Source: Girardia tigrina (taxonomy: Eukaryota). From it: DNA of 56,354 bases. Below, in pieces: positions 14,119-26,200 of the stretch. The notes below the pieces were generated by a model. The model was not told the origin of the DNA and searched no databases. It saw nothing but the letters and a program-made list of their open reading frames with translations. The stretch is taken from positions 1 to 56,354 of the forward strand of contig MQRK01237215.1 in the NCBI GenBank assembly GCA_001938485.1. Reading direction: 5' to 3'. Within the stretch, counting starts at the first letter, position 1. Each line of letters starts with the position of its first letter. Position numbers and translations under genes: made by a program.

Positions 14119-15629
14119 CAGTGGCGTAGCGTAGAGGGGGGGGCGGTCCGCCCCGGACGGCATTTGTAAATGAAGTGAAAGTGGAGGAGTCGTTTGTTCG
14201 ATTCATCGAGACAAAGGGAAAGAGCGCAAAGGAAATTTCTGAACTGATATTTAAACAACTGGAAAACGACGAGATTCAGATTGATGATTGCCGTGGTCAG
14301 GCATATGACAATGCTGCTGTTATGTCTGCCCATCGAACGGGTGTCCAGAAGTGCATCTTGGAAATTAACCCGAAAGCTCTATTTGTTCCATGCTGAAATC
14401 ACTCCCTGAATTTGGCTTGCATACATGCAGCTTCCGTTTTGGTTCTATCTGTTACATGTTTTGGCACATTGGACCGGTTGTTCTCTTTTTTTCCTCATCT
14501 ACGCATCTCTGCGATGGCCTGCTTCATGAAACTAGTCTAAGTATCAAAAGGGTTGTGGAAACCAGATGGAGCACTCGAGCTGATGCTGTTAATGTGTTGG
14601 TGAAAAAATTATCACAAGTCGTGACTGCTCTGGAGAAACTCACCAAAGAAGGAGAAAATTTAATGACAAGATCAGATGCATCTTTAAGCCTATCATCAGT
14701 ACTGTCATTTCCGTTTCTATCACTTTTGAACCTTTGGAATTTCATTCTACCAGAGATCAATGATGCCCAGAAGTATCTTCAAACAAAAGGGCTCAATCTG
14801 CATCAAAGTTCTGTCAAGCTCATATCACTGATAGATTATATTTTTGAGAATAGAGAAAAGATGGTGGACAGTGCAATGGACGAATCCAAAAAGCTCTGCT
14901 TTGAAATGGGGGTAAGTATGGAGCGTCGTATTCGCAAAAAGAAAAGAATGGATGGCGAGGGATTGACTGATGTAGCGATGACATTTGATGCTGAGTTGAG
15001 ACGGAAAATGCTGTCTGTCATAGACAGGTTGATAGACGAAATATATTCAAGATTTCAACAAGTTCATGATCTTACAAACAGATATGCTGTTATTGCACCA
15101 TCGAATCTCTTTGATGATAATTACGATTGCTAACTTGGTGAAATAGAAGACGAGGTGGAGAAAGAGAAATTCTTATCCGAAAGAAGAAGACTGCTGTATT
15201 TTGTCCGAGCTTCAGGAAATAACAGAATCGACGGACCTTTAGAACTTTTGAGCTTCATACAGAGATATTACCTTAGAGACTCCGTCCCTAATATTGTGAT
15301 TTTGATGCGCATCTTTCTTACCCGGCCTATTAGCGTTTCCAGCTGCAAACGCTCGTTTTCCAAATTAAAGCTCATTAAGAACTATCTCCGATCTACAATG
15401 AGCCAATCAAGGCTTACAGAGTTGGCAGTTCTCTCCATTGTGAGGGAGCTTGCTACTGAACTGAATTTTGATACTGTTATCAATAAATTTGCAGAAATGA
15501 AAGTGCGAAAAGTTCGCTTGTAAATTTTAAATAAAATTGTAATTAAGGGTTCCGAATAATGGGTTAGGGTTAGGAGGGCGGCAAATCTTAAGACCGCCCC
15601 GGGCGCCAATAACAGTTGCTACGCCTCTG
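14119..15629 (+). mobile_element. hAT (Tip100/ZMYM1-like) element with a large 5' internal deletion
   Basis: TIR CAGTGGCGTAGC / GCTACGCCTCTG; perfect TSD catgtgaa. Confidence 0.93.
14168..15523 (+). pseudogene. ZMYM1-like hAT transposase, 5'-truncated with stops and frameshifts
   Basis: CRGQAYDNAAVMS, C*NHSLNL, ETRWSTR, SCKRSFSKLKLIKNYLRSTMSQSRL. Confidence 0.92.
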
Positions 15630-15784
15630 CATGTGAAGCATTATTAATTAGTTCACGTTGTCCTAAAATCAATGTTCAATCGGCAGTCTCAACCAGCTTT
15701 GAAAGAATTTTCGATTAGCATGATTTCATGAAATCGATTGCGTAATTGTTATTTTTGCATTTATATACAGGTGAATTAATTATT

Positions 15785-15835
15785 AATCAGTGACCTGAAG
15801 ATGACGGTTGATCCGTCGAAATATATTTTCATTAA
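15785..15835 (+). ncRNA. Minimal type I hammerhead ribozyme motif (Penelope-associated)
   Basis: CTGAAGA-T-GACGG-ttgat-CCGTC-GAAA with palindromic helix III (ATATAT) and a weak helix I. Confidence 0.8.
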
Positions 15836-16075
15836 ATATATTTTTAATGGATGAATTTTGTTATTCATAAACAATTCTCATCCGGATTGAAGCTTATCAA
15901 TACATATTTATGTTCAATTTATAAAATTTACGTCAGATATACTATAACTATTCAGTTCGAAATGAACAAGTCTACCAAAATATTTAAATAAAATAATGCT
16001 TTCATTTTCACTCACAAAATTCTTTAAAAAATGGATTAAATTAAAAAATAAATAAGCAAATCAATCATTTCACTT

Positions 16076-16081
16076 TTTATT
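16076..16081 (-). promoter_or_regulatory. Possible AATAAA polyadenylation signal of EFCAB6-like gene
   Basis: Minus-strand AATAAA about 160 nt after the stop; weak evidence in such AT-rich DNA. Confidence 0.3.
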
Positions 16082-16238
16082 ATCATCGTTTTTTTGATTA
16101 ATTCATCTCGAAGTAACGACTCGAGCAATCGGAGTTTATCAATCATCTCTTAGTGGTCATTCGAAGAAAACCTCACGAAATCCAATCATTATAAAAGTTA
16201 GATATATAAATAAAACAAATTGATAAAAAACTCCATAA

Positions 16239-16472
16239 TCAGTTCACGGTAATAAGATTAATATCCAAAATTTCACGAATAAATTCAAAATAATCAATTT
16301 TTTGATCCATATTCCGATCAAAATTTGTTAAAATATGATAGAGATCATCATTAGAGAGATATATATTATTGTTTTTCAAGATCATATTAATCTGTTCGAT
16401 GTCCAATAATCCAACTTTACAATGATCCAGACTTTTGAAGGCACTCAGAAGATTCTTCCATTTCTTTATCAT
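16239..16472 (-). CDS. EFCAB6: EFCAB6-like terminal exon (MIKKWKNLLSAFKSLD...DRNMDQKIDYFEF...stop)
   Basis: caag acceptor, EF-hand pair, TGA stop. Confidence 0.9.
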   Translation of the reverse strand: MIKKWKNLLSAFKSLDHCKVGLLDIEQINMILKNNNIYLSNDDLYHILTNFDRNMDQKIDYFEFIREILDINLITVN

Positions 16473-19400
16473 CTTGTGGAAAATTTATCAGTTAATGTTT
16501 ATTAATATATATAATTATCAATATTTATACATAAATTTATCAAATTAAAATAATGAAGGATAATATATTTAAATTTACATAACTTTCTTTTGCAAAAGAT
16601 CGATTTTTCATATTAATCAATGATAACAAAACGTTGTTCGCATCACGTTTATTCAATACACTGGCGTTGGTCGCAGAATTACTTTTGCGAATTTTATATT
16701 TCATATCAAACATTATATTACATTGTTTTAAAAGTTTTAATCGTATTTAATTCAGTAATATTTTATGAATTTAATTAAATTTTAAACAGTTCTCCGACAT
16801 TAATTTTAAATTTTAGACAATTCAACTTAATAATTGTTTAGCCTTTTTAAAAAACATTTTTAAAATATATATTTTTAACCTTTCCCTTACCGTGCTAAAA
16901 AATACGTGTGTTACCGTGCTGTGTAGTAGCTACACATTCAGAAACGAATGGTTTTAAATCGATATAAATAGAAATATTCAATGACATTGCTTATGATAGA
17001 AGTCAATATAAAATAATAGATTATTTTCGTAATTCAATGCGCAAATATGTAACGGATGAATACCTAAGATCTCAAAATTAAATTCATTGTATTAATAGAG
17101 ATATTTAAGTTATTAGAAGCAATATGTACACGTTTCACAGCATAGTACTGGAAGGGTAAGTAGTGATTATTCGTATTATTACACTTCAAATTTTAATTAA
17201 TAAATACCTCTATGCACAGGGTGCCCAAAAGTATTACTTTTTATATAAATATTACCACGTTTTTTACCACGTTTTTCTTAACTTACTTTCTTGTATGTCT
17301 GTCTGTCTGTCTGTTTGTTTGTAAATCTTGCGATCGATTTTTCGACCACTTTCAGTCATCCAATTCAGCTGAATTTTTTTTATACAGGCTTGCTTCCGAT
17401 GACAATACACTTTGATAAAAAAAATTTTGAAAAAAATAATTAATACTTACCACGTTTTTCTTAACTTACTTTCTTGTATGTCTGTCTGTCTGTCTGTTTG
17501 TTTGTAAATCTTGCGATCGATTTTTCGACCACTTTCTAACATCCAATTGAGCTGAAACTTTTTGTGCAAGCTTAGTTCCGATGACAATGCAATATTATAA
17601 AAAAAATTTTGAAAAAAAATAATTTTTTCTAATTTTTTTTGCAAAAAACCACTTACGATTATCTACAAATTTATACACTGTATTAAATAGCAATCTTTTC
17701 GTTTATTTTCATGAATGAAGTTTTATACGGGCTTGCTTCCGATGACAATACAATATTTTAAAACATGTACGGCTCTACATAAACCACATATGCTATAATT
17801 TAACTTTATGAAAATTTTAACTTTATGAAAAAATCAATAATATTAATTAATACGTACAAAAAAATTATTTTGAAATAAAACTTGCTTTTATTAAAATAAA
17901 ACTTTNNNNNNNNNNNNNNNNNNNNNNNNNNNNNNNNNNNNNNNNNNNNNNNNNNNNNNNNNNNNNNNNNNNNNNNNNNNNNNNNNNNNNNNNNNNNNNN
18001 NNNNNNNNNNNNNNNNNNNNNNNNNNNNNNNNNNNNNNNNNNNNNNNNNNNNNNNNNNNNNNNNNNNNNNGGTTAGGTATAAAATTTCGCACATGTCTAG
18101 AAAAAAATTATTTTCCTCTTTAGTGCATTGGTAATGCTTGAAAAACGTGGTTGTTTTTATAAAAATTTTTTTTATTAATAATATTATTTTTTTCTTAACT
18201 TACTTTCTTGTATGTCTGTCTGTTTGTTTGTAAATCTTGCGATCGATTTTTCGACCACTTTCAGTCATCCAATTCAGCTGAATATTTTTATACAGGCTTG
18301 CTTCCGATGACAATACAATTTGAAAAAAAATAATTTTTTCTAATTTTTTTTGCAAAAAACCACTTACGATTATCTACAAATTTATACACTGTATTAAATA
18401 GCAATCTTTTCGTTTATTTTCATGAATGAAGTTTTATACAGGCTTGCTTACGATGACAATACAATTTGATAAAAAAAATTTTTAAAAATATTATTAATAA
18501 AAAAAAAATTTTTATAAAAACAACCACGCTTTTCAAGCATTACCAATGTACTAAAAAGAGGAAAATAATTTTTTTCTAGACATGTGAGAAATTTTATACC
18601 TAACCAAAAACGTGGGGCATAGAGATGATCGATTGTTACTAAAAAGCAGTAAAGAGGAAATAGCAGTTACTAATAGCAGTAATTCAGAAATCCGCCCCAC
18701 GTTTTTGGGTTAGGTATAAAATTTCTCACATGTCTAGAAAAAAATTATTTTTTCTTCTTTTTAGTGCATTGGTAATGCTTGAAAAACGTGGTTGTTTTTA
18801 TAAAAAAATTTTTTTAAATTTATATTATGAGGGGTTAATTTAAAATTGCATCTCTCCAGAATAATTTATTATTTTTTTTAATTTAAAAGGTAAAATATTT
18901 TAATGTTAAAATGCTTATTAAATATTTTAAAATTAAAAATGATATAATAAAACAACTATTAAAAAATCAAATACGTATTTAAAAATAAATTTTGATGTTA
19001 AAAAATGAATTCTGATATTGATGTTGCAACCACTTCTCACATGGCGACTAACGCTGCAATGGCTATCTTCACAGGTCAACTGTTACCTGAGAAGTACAGG
19101 AAAGGCAATAATGTGGAGACATTTATTGAAGAATGTGAAACATTCTTTAATTTTGCAGGAATATCACATATAATACAGGGTATACCTTTGCTAATTTTGA
19201 TATTAAATTAAAGTTTAGGCTCTATATATTGTATATTGACTAATAATTTTTTTAAAAATCTAGCATCATATAACAAATTACATAACAAAGCTGGAAAAAA
19301 TTTTGGAAAAACAAGTTAAATAATGACTCATTTTATAGATTATTCAATTTTAAACAACTTTTTTTGAAGTAAATATATGCCCTAAAAGGAATAGTAACAA

Positions 19401-22400
19401 AGTTATTCAATAAATTATAAGTTTTAAAAGTATTGATTTATCGATATTTAAATTAATTTATTAGATTAAAACAATAAATCGATATTTTTGTAATTAAATT
19501 TTATCCCTAGAATCCATATTGTTTATTTAGAGTGTGTTTTATTTTCAACAGTGCTCAAGTTTCATTTTTAGTCAGCGAAAATGAACCAGTATTCTACAGA
19601 ACAACGATGTTTTATGGTTTCATTTTATCGGGATACGAATTCACCATTAGAAGCGGTTAAATTATTCCAGAAAAAGTTTGGAAATGACCACAATATAAAT
19701 CCAAAGACAATTAAAAGGCTAGTAAAAGCATTTAAAATGAATTAAACTATTTTTATAATTATTTTAGAGTATCTGACAAATTTATGACTACTGGTAGCGT
19801 AATGGACGATAAAGAAGGATGCAAACGAAGAAAAATACGGTTATTGTCGAAGAAAATGTTAAGAAAGTTGAGGAATTGATGAAGCAAAGCCCTTCAACAT
19901 CAATTAGAATGGCAAGCAAGCAACTGAACATCACCAAATCATCGGTACAAAGAATTATCAAGAAAGAATTGTCGTTATTTCTATACAAGATTCAAACCAA
20001 TCAACTTTCATGTGAAAGACTTTTGGAATTTGCAAATCAAATGCTGACAATGGCAGAAAATAACGATACTGATTTCGGAAAATTTTGTTTTCAGATAAAG
20101 CGCACTTTCAAATGGAAGGATACGTTAATAGGCAAAATTGTAGAATTTGGGGATCAGAAAATCCACATTATTCCATTATTAAACCCTTGCATCCGAAAAG
20201 ATTAACTGTCTGGTATGAGGATGATTAGAGGAATGATTATTACACCAGTTATCTTTTCTGAAAATATTAAATCAACGGTTTATTTAAACATTCTTCAAGA
20301 ACAAGTGGTACTTTATTTGTATGGTTTGGAAAAAATAAGCGACTTTTATTTCATGCAAGATGGTGCTAGACCGCATAGAACCTGCGAAGTATTCGATTAT
20401 CTTTCAGAACATTTCGACGGTCGAATAATTGGATTGGATTCAGAGAAATTTACTGGTAAAGGAACATGTTGGCCTCCTATTCCCCTAATTTGAATCCATG
20501 CGATTATTTTCTTTGTAGATTCATAAAGGATGTTATTTATAGAACTCCAGTGGTTAATTTGGAAGATTTAAAAAATCGAATTGAAGCAAGGATTCGAGAG
20601 ATCACTCCTGAAATATTAAAGAGTTGTAAACAACTATGAGCAACGATTAAGAAATGTATTTGTTTCAGAAGGATTTCACTTTGAAAATCTTTTATATTAA
20701 TAAGCATTGCTTTTTATTGAATAACTTTGTTACTGTTCATTTTAGGGCATATGTTTACTTCAAAAAAGTTGTTTAAAATTGAATAATCTATAAAATGAGA
20801 CATTATTTAACTTGTTTTTTCCATAATTTTTTAAAAAACTTTGTTATGAAATTTGTTATGATGCTAGATTTTTAAAAAAATTTGAAAGAAAATAGATCAG
20901 AGAAGGAAAATTGTCTACTGAAGGAAACAAACATACAGAGAATCAAAACTTCCCATTTCTTCAATTATATATTAAAAAATAAACATTTAAAATATTAAAA
21001 AATGGTCGATATCAATCACAGATATTATTACTAAGGAATAATACATCGCTGTCCAGAAAAATAAATTTTCTGCTAATTGTAATTTCCTTACAAACTAGTT
21101 TTTTTGTCGGGTTTCCGAGCGAAGATAATTTATCAAAGAAATTATTTTATCAAATCAACCCACATCGAACCGAATTTATCGAAGTCAAATATAGTTATCC
21201 AAAACCTCATTAAAATATTATGTTCGAAGAATACCTTAATCTAAACCGAAAGACTGTCCTCGTTCATCAAATAGAAAAGAAGATCACCAAAGTAATTATA
21301 TCAATCTCATTTGAATTTGACTTTATAGTAACTAGTTACATTATTTCGTTGCGATGCGGTGATTACACTTATTGCAACTGTTACATTGTTTAATATATAT
21401 TTATAACGATTACTAATTCTATCAGTTTATTCACAAATAATAATAGAAAGAAAAGTTTTCTTTTGCGGTGAATAATATAGAAGAAAGTTTTCATTTTTCT
21501 ATCATTATAATAACCATTAATATTTACATAATGGATATATTCTCACAAAAGGGTTTCGATTCACATTATAAGCTGCAATTCTGTGAATAACTATTGATGA
21601 GAACTTACTCAAAAGCCGCATCAATACTTAAAGTCTTTATTAAATAAAATTTTCCATTATTGAGCAATAATATTTAAATTAATTATATTTTATTATTATT
21701 ATATTACCATTTTTTTATTTCAATTAATTTGCATAGATTCATGATTGCTGATGATGATATAAGAAAACATCGACATATCCTATGACCATATTTTAAAGAA
21801 TGCTTTAATTGATTTATTAGGGTGAACCAAAAGTCTTTTCGTATTTTTTATTAAAAATTTAAACATAATTTTACAACAAATAAAAAACATTTAAGTTTCA
21901 ATGTAAAAGGCCATTTGAATCTAACCCATCTATGGGCAAGTTGTGCGATCCCACTGCGGTACCAATCCTTGATCTTAGAAGCGAAGAACTGGTGTCACCC
22001 GTTTTCGACCTCGGCCAGATTATTGAAGCTGCGACCACGAAGAAAGTGTGCCATAGAGCGGAAAATGTGATAGTCGGATGGCGCAAGATCTGGACTATAC
22101 GCTGGGTGTGGAAGAAGTTCAAAGACGTCGAGATTTTTGATTTTTTCCTTTGTTTGTTTGGCGGTGTGCATTGTCTGTGGTAGAAGAACTCGCTTTCGAT
22201 TGATCAAAGCGGGGTATTTCTCACCAAGTGCCGCATACATTCGATCAAGTTGGGCGCAGTAAAGGTCAGCGTCGATGGTACGACCATTTGGAACCAGCTC
22301 GAAGTGAATCACGCCTTCTAAATTCCACAAAACACACAAAAGTGCCTTCCTTGAGAAACGATCTCGTTTCGCTACCGGTTTGTCCGCCATTTGCTCGCCG

Positions 22401-23198
22401 TTTGTCCGGGGTCCAACCATTGATTTTGTTGGTCTGGATTACTGAAGTAAACCCACTTTTCATCTCAAGTTACAATTCGACGGATGAAACGGTCATCGCG
22501 CGGATTTTCAAGCAATTTTTGACAAATTTCGAAACTCTTTTCGGCTTGAATTTGTGTCAATTCATGAGGCACTTCTCGACATCGTCTATTTACCTTGCCA
22601 AGAGCGTGAAGGTGTCGTACAATGGATGTTTGAGGAATATCGAGTTCGGCCGACAATCTGTGAGTACTTATTGACGGATTTGTCTCGACGGTTTCACGAA
22701 TTGCTCCGGAATCTACGATGATAGGTCGGCCTGAACGTGCATTGTTTCCGAGGTCAATGTCGCCTTCGTTGAACCTTTTGAACCAATTTTGTGCAGTACG
22801 ATTTCAGACCACATTATCGCCTTCAATTTCGCATATCTTCTTTGTTGCTGCAGTTGCGTTTAAGCCCTGTTTCCAGTAATGGCGTAAAAGAACACGAATT
22901 TCAAAATTTTCCATGATTTTTCTANNNNNNNNNNNNNNNNNNNNNNNNNNNNNNNNNNNNNNNNNNNNNNNNNNNNNNNNNNNNNNNNNNNNNNNNNNNN
23001 NNNNNNNNNNNNNNNNNNNNNNNNNNNNNNNNNNNNNNNNNNNNNNNNNNNNNNNNNNNNNNNNNNNNNNNNNNNNNNNNNNNNNNNNNNNNNNNNNNNN
23101 NNNNNNNNNNNNNNNNNNNNNNNNNNNNNNNNNNNNNNNNNNNNNNNNNNNNNNNNNNNNNNNNNNNNNNNNNNNNNNNNNNNNNNNNNNNNNNNNNN

Positions 23199-23239
<41 letters not shown>

Positions 23240-26200
23240 CTTTATTTGGTAATAAGAAACAATTGAACAAAAAGATGTAGAAAATACGAAAAGACTTTTG
23301 CTTCACCCTAATATCTGCAATACAAATGTCCGTATATAAGGAGTCGGATGTTGTTTGAATTTGAGAGAAACAAAGTGTAATTATATATGCTTAATAAGAA
23401 ACGTGACATTATAAAATTTCAAAGAAAGTTAAACTTCGTTTACTGAAAATGTTCTTTGGTTTTAAATTTAAAGAATAAAATACTTAAAGAAGATAGCTTA
23501 CAAAAAGCAGAGAAAGAGATTTAATAAAAGAATTTCTGAACATCAAGAATGAAAAAGAATGAGGAATGACTCTCCTCTCGGTTACAAATTGTAAAAGTAG
23601 GATACTCAAAACAATATCAATAAAGGAATAATTATAAAAATCGTATGTCAAAATAAATAAAATGGAATATTTTGTTTAAAAAATATAAAAATTATGTCAA
23701 AAATATTGAAAATTCGATTTTTAAAACCAAAGAAATATAAATAACATATTTCTGGCTAATAATTAAAAAACGTTAAAGTAAAAGCAAAAAAATAACCACC
23801 TTTCCAGAACTGATATTCGATTTAATTAAGAATTGATGAATATTTTAGAGTCGATTAATTAGCAAAACAAATATTCGGTAGTTCGCAGCGAACAATGGCC
23901 GGAGCGACTGGTGATCCCCGACTGGCTGGGACGCTACCATTCGTGTATACATAGACCTAGTCAAATGATCGTTTGTCGTCTAATGGTTTGTCAATCAAGC
24001 GGCTTCCGCGATAATTAACGCGGTGTTTCTTTTATTGTCTTTTTTCTTTTGAAGCCACATATTTTTAACAGAAACATTTCTACTTTTCTTGTAATAAATC
24101 AGGCTTTTTTATTAGAAACATGTAGATAATTTTCTCAAACATTTAATTGTATGAATATGTTTGATGGATCTCGGTATACCAACCCCTTTCGCAGTTAAAC
24201 ACCATGGAACAATAAGTATATTTTGCAATTTATTTTACATCAACATTGAATATTTTTGATATGCTTACAGTAAGCTTACTACACTTCGTAATTGTAGACA
24301 ATCAAAAATATTTTAATATAAAATAAATAAAATGTATATCATTTTGTCAGGACATATAAGAAAAAATGTAAAATAGTTTTAAAACTCAACACTGAAATCG
24401 CTCTCTAATTTTTAATGCTGATATATTTAAAATACAAATGGTTATTTCATTTTGTATGTTTAAATTGTCGTATTTTTACACTGTTGACGTCTACGGCTAG
24501 TTTTTGTTTTCTAGTTTCACAAATTTATGAACATATTCGTTCAGAAATTAAGTATTGTGCGATTGTTAGTTGAAACAGTACATATATATTATATGTACTT
24601 ATTAAATGTATTGAAAAGGATGAATGGGAAATAAACACGTGTTGTGTGCGTGTGTGTTCCACATCGTGACGTACAATATGACATCTATTTATGATACAAT
24701 CGTCATCATTAAAATATATTTATTTATAGGTCGGTCTAAAGACTTAGTGACAGCACCACGTATACAAAGAAAGATTGAATAGATTATAATTATGATTTAT
24801 TTATTATTGAAAGTATTTTGGAAGATAATACAATATATTATATCTTACCGCTCGTCTCAAGACCTCTCTAACCTCTGATAGATGATACGTGTTCTTTGAT
24901 TTCTATAAAATATGACTAAGAAGAATTCATTTAAACATTGACAAAAATACTTTATCCACTAATTTGTAAGTGTATCCATCGAATTTTGTTGGATTTAATT
25001 CCTCATTTATTGTGAGACGGAACTCTTTCAAAAATTCGACATAATTGAATCTAAAAGAAGAAAACTAGTCCCGAAAATCGTATGAAAACGTATTTTTTCG
25101 AAAACAAAACATTTCCAATTTGGAAAAAAAGAAAATCGTTCGTCATTATTTTAATTAAAAAAATTGAAGTCTTTTATTTTTTACTTTTTTTTTAATTACA
25201 ATCAAGAACATGTTACTTCAAAAATTGACCCACTAGGAAGACCGCTTACCCCTGTTAATGAAGATGTGATACAGATAGAAGTCGAAAAGAATCATTGCCA
25301 ACTACCGTGTTTCCCCGAAAGTAAGACAGTGTCTTACTTTCTTTTTATCCCTAAAAGCCCCACTATGTCTTACTTTCGGGGTATGTTTTATATTAGGAAA
25401 AAATTGTCGAATTTTTTGTTTTAACCATAAAATTAACATTTATTAACAACCTGAATAGTATTGTATTCACCACAAAACAGGTTAATAAAAGGAAGTGCCA
25501 AGAATGTCTTGGTACAACATTGCATAACATGTAAATTTTTTTTATTGATTTTTCATTCTTATCATTCGTGCCAAATCTCCCACCTAAAATTCCCTCCAAT
25601 CTTCCCGCCAAAAATGCGGGGCCGATGTTTGGGGGGTTACCGTTGTCCATGGTCCTGATGGACCACGGAAAACATTATTGCTGCTCCAGCAGAGGAGAAC
25701 TGTAAGCCCACACAGCCCGGTATGTTGGGACTTGTAGTTCTCCTCAGCTGCATCTTGCGGTTACAATAAGAGCTGCAGAGAATCTCTTCACACCCCCCCT
25801 CCCCCTCCTTGGTCTCTCTCTGTATGACCAGCACTGACCTTTTTCCGGGAGGACACAGNNNNNNNNNNNNNNNNNNNNNNNNNNNNNNNNNNNNNNNNNN
25901 NNNNNNNNNNNNNNNNNNNNNNNNNNNNNNNNNNNNNNNNNNNNNNNNNNNNNNNNNNNNNNNNNNNNNNNNNNNNNNNNNNNNNNNNNNNNNNNNNNNN
26001 NNNTTTCCCCGAAAGTAAGACATATGTCTTACTTTCGGGGTACGGCTTATATTAGCTGACCCTTCTGAAACGCCCGATACGTCTTACAATCGGGGGTGTC
26101 TTACTATCGGGGAAACACGGTATGAAGTGTCTTGCAGATAAGTTAGTAATGATAAATTATTAATTGAAGTATTATTTACACTAAGAAAATAAATAAAAAT

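Larger units (their letters stand above)
13600..15900 (+). mobile_element. Penelope-like element 3' portion, interrupted by a hAT at 14119-15629
   Basis: KILCEHFDIYRETMSCE (left of the hAT) joins ALLISSRCPKINVQSAVSTSFERIFD* (right); hammerhead motif downstream. The left boundary is approximate. Confidence 0.75.

Noticed and set aside
16579-16740. Minus-strand open stretch as an extra EFCAB6-like exon
   Set aside because: No convincing acceptor; the exon ending at 24849 joins 16472 directly in phase and gives the expected helix.
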